Virus record (IMG/VR): IMGVR_UViG_3300007609_000014
Coordinates: 4,792 to 68,791 of that record
Length of the DNA: 64,000 bases
Source of the DNA: a virus
Reading direction: 5' to 3' (one strand)
Of this stretch, positions 39,319 to 50,300 are shown in pieces (within the stretch, counting starts at the first letter, position 1; each line of letters starts with the position of its first letter). Both the position numbers and the translations under genes were made by a program. The notes under the pieces are model-generated. The model had not been told where the DNA came from and searched no databases. It saw only the letters and a list, made by a program, of their open reading frames with translations.

Positions 39319-39999
39319 TTAAGGTATAGACGAATCACCAATAACATCTACAGCCAGCATCAGCGTTTGTGATACTCTGTACGTTGTGGTGAATTCTGTG
39401 AGGTTGGTTGCTTTCAGTCGCACAGTGTTGTTCACTATGTCAACGTCAAATTCTGCTATAGGATCTTCGGTGGTTGTTAGCACACCGAACTCGGTTGATG
39501 TAGCTGTGGTATTGTTATGAGCAACTAGTAGTTCTGTGATTTGGCGCTCGTTGTTGTCTTCGTCTTGTGCTTGAATAACAAATTTTGCACTGCCAAATTT
39601 TATTTTGTCAAATGTAGCAATTACACCGGAACTGGCGCTCGATGTTGAATCATCGTATACTACTGTTTGAACATTACCTTTTAACTGAAAGCCGTCATTG
39701 AATTTGATACTTTCTGTAGCTTCATCGTATTCAATATTTGTGGTACTAGAACTTACACCGCCTTTAATAAAAACCAGTTCGTTTTCTTCACCATTTAAAC
39801 TTAATTGATCTGGAGACAGCCAAGCTCTGTTTCCTTCTGTGTCTGAGGTTAAGAAGTAGCCATCGGCTGGAGGAACGCTGAGATTTGGTTCTGAACTGGC
39901 AACGTCAAGAAAAGAGTATCTGTCCGGACTCTTTACGTCGGCTTCAGTGGGTGGTATTGCTTTTACTCTATTGCTTAATAATCCAATGCCTCTAGACAT
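39319..39999 (-). CDS. 226-aa virion protein, N-terminal paralogue of 40414..40995, with a C-terminal beta-rich 'SAKFVIQ...ELLVAH...EFG' domain
   Basis: IGLLSNRVK...RY.FLD....EP...VP N-terminus shared with the 193-aa gene; 8-nt overlap with the upstream gene. Confidence 0.85.
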   Translation of the reverse strand: MSRGIGLLSNRVKAIPPTEADVKSPDRYSFLDVASSEPNLSVPPADGYFLTSDTEGNRAWLSPDQLSLNGEENELVFIKGGVSSSTTNIEYDEATESIKFNDGFQLKGNVQTVVYDDSTSSASSGVIATFDKIKFGSAKFVIQAQDEDNNERQITELLVAHNNTTATSTEFGVLTTTEDPIAEFDVDIVNNTVRLKATNLTEFTTTYRVSQTLMLAVDVIGDSSIP

Positions 40000-40333
40000 C
40001 TTCGGTTTCCAGGAGACTCAAACTTAATCTTACATCAGATTGAGGTGTTGGACCAACCGCACGACACTTAATACTGTCATTGGCGTTAACAACGAGTCTT
40101 CCTAGAATTGCACTGTTACTTTGATTTCCTCTAATACGAAAATCTCTCACAAGAGGTAGTTCCTTGCCTGTGAGGCTGTTGAAATAACTGAACGTTACGT
40201 CATAGTCTTCTGACGAAGTGTTTACCAGTTGAGCATTAATAACAATTGTAGTAATAGTACCAGGACAGGTATAAATGATTTCATTTACACTTGTAATTAC
40301 TGTGTTAATCGCTTTAAATGTATTATTAGCCAT
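39992..40333 (-). CDS. 113-aa small beta-rich virion adaptor (paralogue family with 40988..41326, 60630..60968 and the N-terminus of the 6200-aa protein)
   Basis: FK......T..NEI(I/V)YT.P...T.I....Q..N...G(R/K)LVV......LSLLE pattern; AAGGA Shine-Dalgarno at 40341-40345. Confidence 0.85.
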   Translation of the reverse strand: MANNTFKAINTVITSVNEIIYTCPGTITTIVINAQLVNTSSEDYDVTFSYFNSLTGKELPLVRDFRIRGNQSNSAILGRLVVNANDSIKCRAVGPTPQSDVRLSLSLLETEDV

Positions 40334-40371
40334 TCATTAATCCTTGACTCATATTCTAATGTGCTACTAGG

Positions 40372-40378
40372 TATTTAG
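40372..40378 (-). promoter_or_regulatory. T4-like late promoter (CTAAATA)
   Basis: TAAATA core between a terminator-like hairpin and the 40333 start. Confidence 0.6.
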
Positions 40379-40400
40379 TAGAGTTTTTTCCCCTGGAAAT

Positions 40401-40427
40401 AAAAAGTGGTTTCTTAATAGAAACCAC
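40401..40427 (-). terminator. Intrinsic terminator overlapping the end of the 193-aa gene
   Basis: Minus strand GTGGTTTC-TATTAA-GAAACCAC-TTTTT: 8-bp stem, stop codon in the loop, U-tract. Confidence 0.7.
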
Positions 40428-40995
40428 CATCTACGTTATGCTCTGTTCCTTCAATTACAATGTTACCTTTCACTACCAAATCATTATTCACTGTGGTTGT
40501 TCCAAAGCTAGAGCCAATGTTAATGTCAGTGCCTTGTCCGGCAAAGTTTACAATTTCAGCAACAGTGTCAATCAAGTTAAATACAGGATTTTGTGTAGTG
40601 AGATTGTTGACCGATACAGTACCATCTACACGCAATCTTTCGCCTAAGTCTGTCGAATCTGATGCACCAACAATGATTTGATCTAAAAATGTTTTAGTTC
40701 CTTCAAATTCCTGATCCCCGTCTAGGGTAACGAATGCACTTGTATCAACATTAAGTCTACTATCAAAGTCGACATTTAAACCGTCTCCAATAACAACCCA
40801 ACGACGTGTTCCGTCTACACCTGATGCGGCAAGACCTGTGTCTTTGTTATTTTGAAGATCTTCAGCAAGACTGACATCTGGAACCCCCCAATCTGGTTCG
40901 GCGTTCTCTAAGTCAAGAAAATCATAACGATAATCTTCTGCTAGAGTAGCTGGGGTCTTTTTGACCCGATTACTTAGTAGTCCAATATTATGCAT
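40414..40995 (-). CDS. 193-aa virion protein ending in a DGGFY motif; paralogous N-terminus to 39319..39999
   Basis: ORF track; MHNIGLLSNRVKK...; 8-nt overlap with the upstream 112-aa gene. Confidence 0.85.
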   Translation of the reverse strand: MHNIGLLSNRVKKTPATLAEDYRYDFLDLENAEPDWGVPDVSLAEDLQNNKDTGLAASGVDGTRRWVVIGDGLNVDFDSRLNVDTSAFVTLDGDQEFEGTKTFLDQIIVGASDSTDLGERLRVDGTVSVNNLTTQNPVFNLIDTVAEIVNFAGQGTDINIGSSFGTTTVNNDLVVKGNIVIEGTEHNVDGGFY

Positions 40996-41326
40996 TTAGT
41001 GACTCCAATAAGCTCAGTGTTAACACTAGCGAATCATTTGTGCTAGCCACTGTTCGTAAACTGTTTGATTCTTCAACTACCAGCTTACCTGTGATAGGGC
41101 TGGTAGCATCATTTCCTGGAATTACAAATCCTTTTAACAGTTCAGTTTGGTCCGCTGTGAACGAATCAAAGTGAAGAAAGTCAACTGCTACAGGTGTTTC
41201 CGTGATGTTTGAGATCTGCGCCATCAAAATAATCGCAGTCTTGCCTTCTGGAACAGTGTAGACAATTTCGTTAATGTCTGTAATCTCTTGTGTTACTGTT
41301 TTAAATACATTTAACGGTTCGGCCAT
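40988..41326 (-). CDS. 112-aa small beta-rich virion adaptor (paralogue family)
   Basis: MAEPLNVFKTVTQEITDINEIVYTVPEGKTAIILMAQISN...GKLVVEE...LSLLES; GAGGA Shine-Dalgarno upstream. Confidence 0.88.
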   Translation of the reverse strand: MAEPLNVFKTVTQEITDINEIVYTVPEGKTAIILMAQISNITETPVAVDFLHFDSFTADQTELLKGFVIPGNDATSPITGKLVVEESNSLRTVASTNDSLVLTLSLLESLNA

Positions 41327-41343
41327 TTTATTTTATCCTCTTA

Positions 41344-44300
41344 TTATTGTAGTGACAATATGTATGGTGTTAATACAGCAAACAGTGATCTATCAAATGT
41401 GTCACCAGTGATAGTACCTGTTGCTCGTTCAATAGTCAAGCTGTTACCAATCTTGAAGTCACCTGTCTGGTCCGTACTTGTAAAGTACACCTTACCTTCG
41501 TTACTTTCAACAACTTGCTGTTCCTGGATTGGCTGTCCACCTTTGTACGGTACTGCTTCATTAATGTTCGTACCTGAACCTACCCACTCAAACGTCTGTC
41601 CTGATGCAGTAATCAAACTGGTCTGGTGGAATGTAGCTCTTTCGCCAATCTTTGGAATTCCTCCTGTAGCAATGTTAACGTCAAACGTTACTGTGCTTGA
41701 GTATCCATGCTGTATTAGGTTTACAATTACCTTAAACAGATCTTCAATTCTGTCTGACTGTGCAGAAGATGCCGCAGGAAGTGATAGATCCTGTGCAACT
41801 GCTGTTTGCAACGGACTTAGTTCAATGTTAATAACTGAGTCTTTGCACAACTCTCTTATATAGTCAAACGTTCTTACAGTAGCTTCCTTAGTTGGTACTG
41901 GAATCTGTAAGAATCCGCCATCGAAGTATTGCTCTGCCGCTAGATGCGCCTGTGAGTTACCCAAGTAGAATATATCGTAGCATACTGCATCTACAATGTA
42001 TCTGATATCTCTTTCACATCTTTCTTGTACATATGCATAGTTAGCTTCAATAAACTCTGTAACTGACTGCTTGATTAGAGCTTTCTCATTTTGCAGAGTG
42101 TTATGTGCTGTTACCAACTTGCTGTTAACCCAACTTAGATCTGGCTGTTCTTCTGGATTAGAAGAGTCTCCAATATCGCCTTGTGTATTATCAATCCACT
42201 TGATGATATCTTCAATCAAAGAACCTGCTTTGATCGATGCCGCATCGCCGCTTGGTGATCCGCCTGTAGTATCTTGGGTTTCCACAGTGTTCTTGGCTGT
42301 AATAGAAGTGTTACTGGCAACGCTCTGTACAATTTGCTCTAGATACTCATAAGCTGCCTTTGTGGCATTGATTTCTCTAATGCTTCCTAGCTGGTTAACA
42401 CCTTCGTCGGAGAAGTAACTTCTACCTACAACAGTTGTTTCTAAGTTGCCGCCGTATGTCAAATCGTAACGCACAGCGTCCACAATGTAGTTGATATCTC
42501 TGCGGCACTTGGTTTCTAGATAAGCAAAGTTTTCTTCAATGTATGTAGTAACCTGCTTGACCAAGTTAGCACGCTCACTGATAAACTGATTGAAAATAGC
42601 CTGCTTGGTTCTATTATCATTATCACCAACTACCCAAGTAATTAATGGATATTCTTCAGTTGGTGCAGAACTGTTATCTTCAATAATTGTTATGATATCA
42701 TCTATAAGACTGCTAGCTCTTAGTGCACCAGACGCATTTGAAGCATTACCAGTTGTGTCTTGTGTTAATCCATCAACTGTGTTTAGATCACCTTCTGCAT
42801 CTGGATTAAGTAGAGCAACTTGTTCTAACAAGCCGCTCAGATAGTTGTAAGCATCTAAGGTTGCTGTGATTTCGTCACTCTCAGTTCCAAGCTGTTGTAC
42901 ACCTGCATCTGAATAATATGCACGACCTGCAACTAGAGTTTCTAGATTGCCGCCATATGTTAAGTCATAGTTTACAGCGTCTAAGATATATCCTAAATCA
43001 CGTGTACATTTACCGTCACGATCATAATCGCCGGCTACACCTGGATGATTATCTTCAATGTACTGTTTAACTTGTGCAATAATCCAAGCTCTATTCTTTG
43101 CAATGTTCTCGCGTGCATTGAAGTAGCCTGGCAGATATGAATCTACTGCATTTTCCGTATTTTCATAGTTGTTTGGACTAGGAATAGTAAACGAACTAGG
43201 TACTGCACTTATACCGTCATTGATAATAGTGTTAATTAACGCAATATTACTGTCAATGCTGGCTTTGGCAGTATCAGCATCTGCATTTGTTTGAATAACT
43301 AACGCTTTTAGCAATGTTCCAAGATATGTAAATGCTGCTGTAGTTGCTGCCTTCTGTTCTGCTGGAAGAACTCCACTGCTCTGTCTCAAATAAGAACGTC
43401 CTGCTGTGATCGAACGGAAGTTTGATCCAAATACCATGTCATAGCTGACTGCATCAATTACTAATCCAGTGTCTCGCTCACAAGTTTCTCTGTCATAGCC
43501 TAACAGTGGGAAGTTTTCGCTAATATAAGCCACAACTTCCTCTACAATGAACTGTCTGTTTGCCACAATAGCATTAGCAGCAATTGCATAATCTGCATTA
43601 CTAGCATTGCCTGTTCCACCTGTTGGTGTTGGTAGACTTGGCACTGGAGCACTGCTTACTAGTGTTGGGTAAACACTTAGTGAACCGCTTTCGTCACCTG
43701 TCAACGTATCTGCGGCGTTTGTGGTAAATGTTCCGCTAACAGTAATCAATGTAATTGAAGTACCGTTTTCCTTCTTGACTTCGCCACTTGCTCCGCTGTT
43801 CAACTGTGTAATGATCTCACCTTCAACAACGTTAGCCGGAGCATTCAGTGTGAGTGTAGTGTCAGGACCTGTGTCAAGTATCTGAATGATGTCATTCATT
43901 CTGTCTTCAATTGCCTGCTTGGCTCCTGCATCACCTTCTGAACCTGTTGCCTTGGCATAAATCTGTCCGCCCATTCCTTTGAAGAAAGGTGAACCGTACC
44001 ATATTTCTGTGGTATAGTTGCCAGTTAGGTCAAGTTCAACTTCGCGTGTGGTTGCAGTAGCAAAGTCTCTTTCATAATCTTCCTGCGTTACTTCAATGCC
44101 GTCTAGGAAGAACTTCACGCCTTGAGCATAGCCTTGGCCGCCTACTTGCAGTGTGCCGTTTTCATTCTGACCAAACACCAGCGGATGTCTTAGATCACCG
44201 TAGTACACATTAGAAATGTCATCCTGGTTAAATCTATACTTAGCGCCTGGCTCTAGCTCAATGACTGGTCTTTCAACTCCGTCAATGTGGAATGAACCTG

Positions 44301-47300
44301 TCTTAGCTAGACCGTAGCTGTCATCTTCAACTGTAACTGTGAACTCTTTGTCTACTTGTTGTATTCCTGAAGCTGACAGTGTTTCAGCTGATACTGCATC
44401 TGCCGCAATCACTTTCAAGAACTGGAATGCTGCCAGTGTTGCTTTCTTCTGCGATTCTGTTACAACAGCAGCACCTTCTCTGTAATAAGAACGTCCTGCT
44501 GTGATTGAACGGAAGTTTGATCCGAACATCATATCGTAACCAATAGCATCTAGCACAAGACCAATGTCACGCTCACAGGTTGCTCTGTCATAACCGATTA
44601 GCGGGAATGTTGTGTTAATAAACGCAACTGCTTCTTTTACGAAGAACTCTTTGTTAGCCTGAAGAATATCTTTGGCTTTTCTGCGATCTTCTGTGATGCC
44701 CACTGGATCATTGAACTGGATTGTGTCAAGCTCTGCAAGAGCCGCACCAGTAATCACAGCACTTAGTTCGCCTGTTGCACTAGCTACTACAGTGTTAGAG
44801 TCTGCTGTGTTAAATGTTCCACTAACTTCAATCAACTCAACTGTTGTAGCGTCAGTAACATTGTCTTTGACTCTACCAAATGCTTTAGTACCTGCTTGTC
44901 TTACAATTTCATTCTTGCTCAGTGTAACTGGTGTGCTGAATGTAACTGTTGTAACCAAACCATTAGCCATTGTGCGAAGAACATCTTCGAATCTAGCCAA
45001 CAGTCTTGCGTACTCTGCTGTATCACCGTATACTTTGGTGGTTGTTTTTGCATTCTGAATTGCTTCAACTGGAGTAATTGCTCTCTTAGCTGGAGTGTCG
45101 AATGTTCCAGGTGCAACTGTAGCAGTGAAGAACGGATCTGTTAATACTTTCTTAACTTCGTCTCTCAAGAACTCAATGGCTCTGATTGTTTCTGGAAGCT
45201 GTTCTTCAAACACAACACTTGCGCTTGCACGATAATAACTGCTTCCAGCTAACAGTGACTGATAGTTAGAATTCATAATCGTGTCTTCTAGCACAGCATT
45301 TAGAATCAAGCCAATGTCTCTTGAACACTTGAACTGATCATATTTGAATGTTGTGTAACGATCTTCGATAAACTGTAGCACTTCTGCTTTTGCATTTTCT
45401 TTGTTAGCAAGAATGCTGTCAAAGTCATTTTGCAATGCAGTTGCGGCCCAGTCAATTGCTGGAAGCTCTTGATCTGGAAGATTGTTAGTGCCTTGCTCGT
45501 CAATTGTGGCAATAACAATTGCCAACAGTGTGCTCAATCTGCTTGCTTCGATTGTGGTTGCAACGGCACCTGAACTGTCTCCTGTATCTTGTGATTCAGT
45601 GTTCTTGGTGCTAGTAACCACTGTGTTACCAAGCACAACATCGCTCACCACATCTTGCAGTCTCTTGTATGCTTCTAGTGTAGCACGAGTTTCTTTTTCG
45701 TCACTGCCTAGTTGATTGATTGCGAACGAGAAGTAGCTTCTTGCAACTTCACGAATAGCACTGTTACCACCGTACAATACGTCATAGCTTAGTGCATCAA
45801 CAATGAATCCTACATCACGCTTACAACGTGTTCTGTCATAGGTTCTTTCTGGGAAGTTCTCTAGCAAGAATGCATTTATACTTGTTCCAAACGATGTGGC
45901 TTCAGCAAAGATTGCATCACCTGCGGCAACATACTCTGCGTCTGCCCACGTGTATGACGGATAAGTTGGTGTGGATGGCAAGCTATCTGTGTTACCATCT
46001 GTGATTACAGTCACAATAGTGTCAATGTATCCGTCGATGCGTGTTTGTTCTGTTGCACCTGCCTCTCCTGAAAGGATATTTGCAATTAATGTCTTGAGAT
46101 TATTATAAGCATCAATTGTGGCAGTAGTTTCTACCGAGTTAGTGCCTAGCTGGCTAGTTGTGCCTACAAAGTATGCATCGGCTGCAATGTTTGTAGCACT
46201 GTTACCGCCATACAGTACGTCATAGCTCAGTGCGTCTAGGATAAATCTTAGATCTCTTTCACAGCTTACTTGATTGTATGACAATTGTGTATTAATATAG
46301 TTAATTGTGGAATCAAGTATTCTGTGCTCGTCGTTTCTAACCTGTACACGAGCATTAATTAGATCTGAATCTGCAAATCCTACACTTGGAAGAACTTCAA
46401 CACTTAGAGTGTCTAGTGTACCAGTTCGAACTGCATCTTCGATCTCTTGTAGTAATCCGTCGATCAAATTACTTTCAACTGCTGTTGCGTCTGCACCTGA
46501 TAGATCGGCTGTTAATGTGTTAGGGGTAGTACCTGTAATTGTCGGTGATACCGATGGATTAACAAGAACCTCTTTGGCTTTGTTTGTTAAATGTGCATAT
46601 GCATCTGCTGTGATAGTTCTTTGATCTGCTGGTAGCTGATCAATAGTAGTACCTTCAAAGTATGCTTGCGCATTCAGTCTTGTACCTAAGTTACCACCAT
46701 ACAACACGTCAAATGTAATACCGTCGAGAATATATTTGACATCTCTTTCACAGCGTGTTTCATCGTAATCCAAACTTGGATCATTAGTTCCAATAAACGC
46801 TTTAACTTCAGCAACAAGGAAGTCTTTGTTATTAATAAGTCTGTTGGCAGCCGCAATTGAATTAGCAATTACTCTTCCAGCGTATGCTGTAGTTCCTGGA
46901 TAGCTTGCTGGACCAATGTTTCCGTCTCCGTCTACGTCAAAGTTAATAGCATCTGCAACACTTGCACTATCACCTGGAACTTCTGCACTTACTGAACCAT
47001 TTTCAATGATATCAAGCACTTCGTCAAAGTTAGCAGTCAGTCTATTCACTGCATCTGTGTTAGCAGTACCGTCACTTACTTTGAACTTAACGTCTGACAG
47101 TTCAAGAACTCTAGCTTTCAGATATCTGATAGCATTTAAAGTAGCACCCTTTTGATTACTGTTTAACAGCTCTGAATTGCTACCTCTTTGATACGAAATG
47201 CCTGCGTATACAGAATTGTAGTTAGTACCAAGTACCATATCAAGTGCAACCGCGTCAAGAATCAATCTGCTGTCTCTGCGACACTTGTCTTGGTCATATG

Positions 47301-50300
47301 TACCTACAAGATTTGAGTTAGCTTCAATGAATGCAATAGTGTCTGTGACAATTGCATCTTTGTTTGCTTGGATTAAATCTTTGGCACTGATTACTGCCGC
47401 TGTAGCGTCTGTTGGGTTTGGATATACCACTGTATCAGCCGCAGATGGTCCATTTGAGAAAATATCAATGATTTCGTCAATTGCATCATCTACACGCTTG
47501 ATAACTTCATAGCTTGGGAAACCAGTTGGCTTTTCAGCTATTGCGTGATTCATAAACTTGTTAGGCATATAGAATGTAACACCTGGATACTCAGTGAACA
47601 CGTGAATGTGTGCACCTGCACCTAGTGTAGCATTTGATCCGTCGTCTGCCAGTTCTGCAGCCGCTTGATCGGTGTATAATGGATAGTAATATCCTTCACC
47701 GTTGCCCATTGGAGTAATGTTGTCAGTACCGAACACATAGAAAGGACCTGTGGCAGTTTGATTGCCGTTAACATCGCTTAGAGCAAACATTAACTTCTTA
47801 AGCTGTTGATATGCAGCAATAGTAATGTCTTTCTGTGCATAGTTTTGAACTTTGTTAGCATTGGCTCTTTGATATGCAAGACCTGATGTAACGCTGTTAT
47901 AGTTTGTGCCCATAGCAACGTCAAATGCAGTACCAACAGTTATGATACCTACGTCTCTTGCACACTTATCAATGTCGTATGTAAAGTTAACAAATTCGTC
48001 ATTTACATATGCAACCACTGTGTCTGCAAGTCCTGTCTTAGCAACAGCTGAGGTAACCGCACCTTCACTTGCACTAACAAATGTGTGTGCACTTGTTTCA
48101 GGTGATGTTCCTACATTCACGGTGATTGTGGTTTGTGTAACATTTTCCACAGTAAGATCTGTATTGTATGCTGCTTCCTTGGTTCTTGGATGACGCAGTA
48201 CGTTTAGATTGCCGTCACTGCCACAAGTAAATGCTAGACTTTCTTCCTTCAGTCTAATCTTGTCGCCATACTCGTATGGATGTGGACCAATTTCCAGTGT
48301 CATAATACCTGTTACAGGATTGTATGCGGCGCCATATGGAGTAAATGTGTTCTTGGCAGTTTCTTGTGCAATTTCCACGAAATCTCTCTGTAGATTTGCA
48401 TCTGCCCAAGTGATAACAGGATATTCTTGTACAGGAAGTCCTGTGATATTGCCAACCTTAATTACTTCGATAATAATATCAATCAATGCTTGGTATCTAG
48501 TTACTTCGGCTGCTGATCCAGGATCACTTTCGATTTTTTGTACTAGATTATGCCCAGGGGTAGGTGTAACTTCGTCACACACTACTATCTTAGCAATTAG
48601 ATCTTTTAGATGAACATATCCGTCTATAGTAGCATCAGCCTGCCCTTCTGCTAGCTGATCAATTGTGCCAACAAAGTAGCTCTTGGCTGCTTGTACAGTT
48701 GCAGAATTACCACCATACAGTACGTCAAAGTTAATAGCATCGATAATAAATTCTACATCACGCTTGCACTTTGATTCTACATAATCTAAATTAGGATAGT
48801 TGTTATTAATATACTGTACAACATCTGTGGCAATAAATTCTTTGTTGATTCTCAACTGATCTTTTGCATCAGTTTGATCTTGTGTTGCATTAGCTGGGTT
48901 GTTTAGCTCAATGTTTTCTACAACACCTGCGTCATCTGTTGAATCGTATGTGCTGTCATATGTAAATGCACCGTCAAGAATGTCAAGAACAACATCAATC
49001 AGTCTGGTCATTCTTGCACGACCTTGTGTACTCAGCTTGGTTAGCTCATCTACTTTTTCTTTTAGATGTGCAATAGCCGCTACAGTTTGAATCTTCTGAC
49101 CTGTTAACACTTCGCTAGCATTAGCTCTTTGATATGCAAGACCTGCTGTGATAGTGTTGTAGTTGGTGTTTAACACTGTGTCAAGATTTACAGCATCAAG
49201 AAGCAATTGAGTATCTCTTAGACATTTATCTTCGTCATACGTGAAGTTTGTGAACTGATCGTCAATCCAAGCAATAATCTCTTCTTGGATAAATGTTCTA
49301 TTGCCTTGGAGCAAAGTATGTGCATCTTGTGTGTTTTGAGCTACGCCTACAGGCATTACAAAATTCAGTGCATTAGCTGCTTGTCTAGTGCTGGTTGCGC
49401 CGTTTTCGAAAATGTCAATCAGTTCGTCGAATGCCGCAGTTGCACGAGCTTTACCAAGATCTGAAAGTCCGGAAATTTCAAGAACTTCGTCTTTTAGATA
49501 TTTAATAGCTGCCAGTGTTTGTGGAAACTGCTCTGCTTTTACTTTTGCAATGCTTGCACTACCACGCTGATAGCTTAATCCTGCAATAATTGAATTGTAG
49601 TTTGTGCCTAGTGCAACATCCATCGACACTGCGTCTAGAATTAAACCTACGTCTCTAGCACATACTTCTTCGTCAAAGCGGAACTCACGGAAAGTAGTAT
49701 CAATAAACTTAATTGTCTTAATAGTCAAGTTCTGTCTTTCTGCAAGTATCTTTTCTCTGATTTCGTTGCCTGCCGCACTTTGATTTTCAAAGTCTGGGTC
49801 AATGTTATCAATAAAGTCGTTAATGAAATAATTTCTTCTTACAACACTAGACAACACTTCAAACAGCTTTTGAATTCTCAAAATTTCTGTAATTGTTGTT
49901 GCAGTTGTGCTTGTATCCTGTGCAACGAAGTTTGGATCGTTCTGATTTTGCGTAGGAACAACCCTGTTTGAACGAAGCACGTCACCTATTCTATCTTCTA
50001 GCAAATCAAGTGCGTCGCCTGTTGCTCTTCTCTGTAGATCAGGAATTACAATTTGTCCTCTGCTGTTATAATATTGCTTGGCAGCCGCGAAACTCTGGCT
50101 GTTGCCTTTGTAAAGAGTGTCATATACTACTGCATCGATAATGTAGCCTAAGTCTCTTTCACAAGTTGCTTGATCATATGCAAAGTTTGATTCGATAAAG
50201 AAAGTAACATCTTTTTGTAGATCGCCTTTTTCTCCTTGCAGAATAAGATGATCAGTATACAATCCTTGATTAGAGAATCCAACTGGGTAAGCAATGTTGG

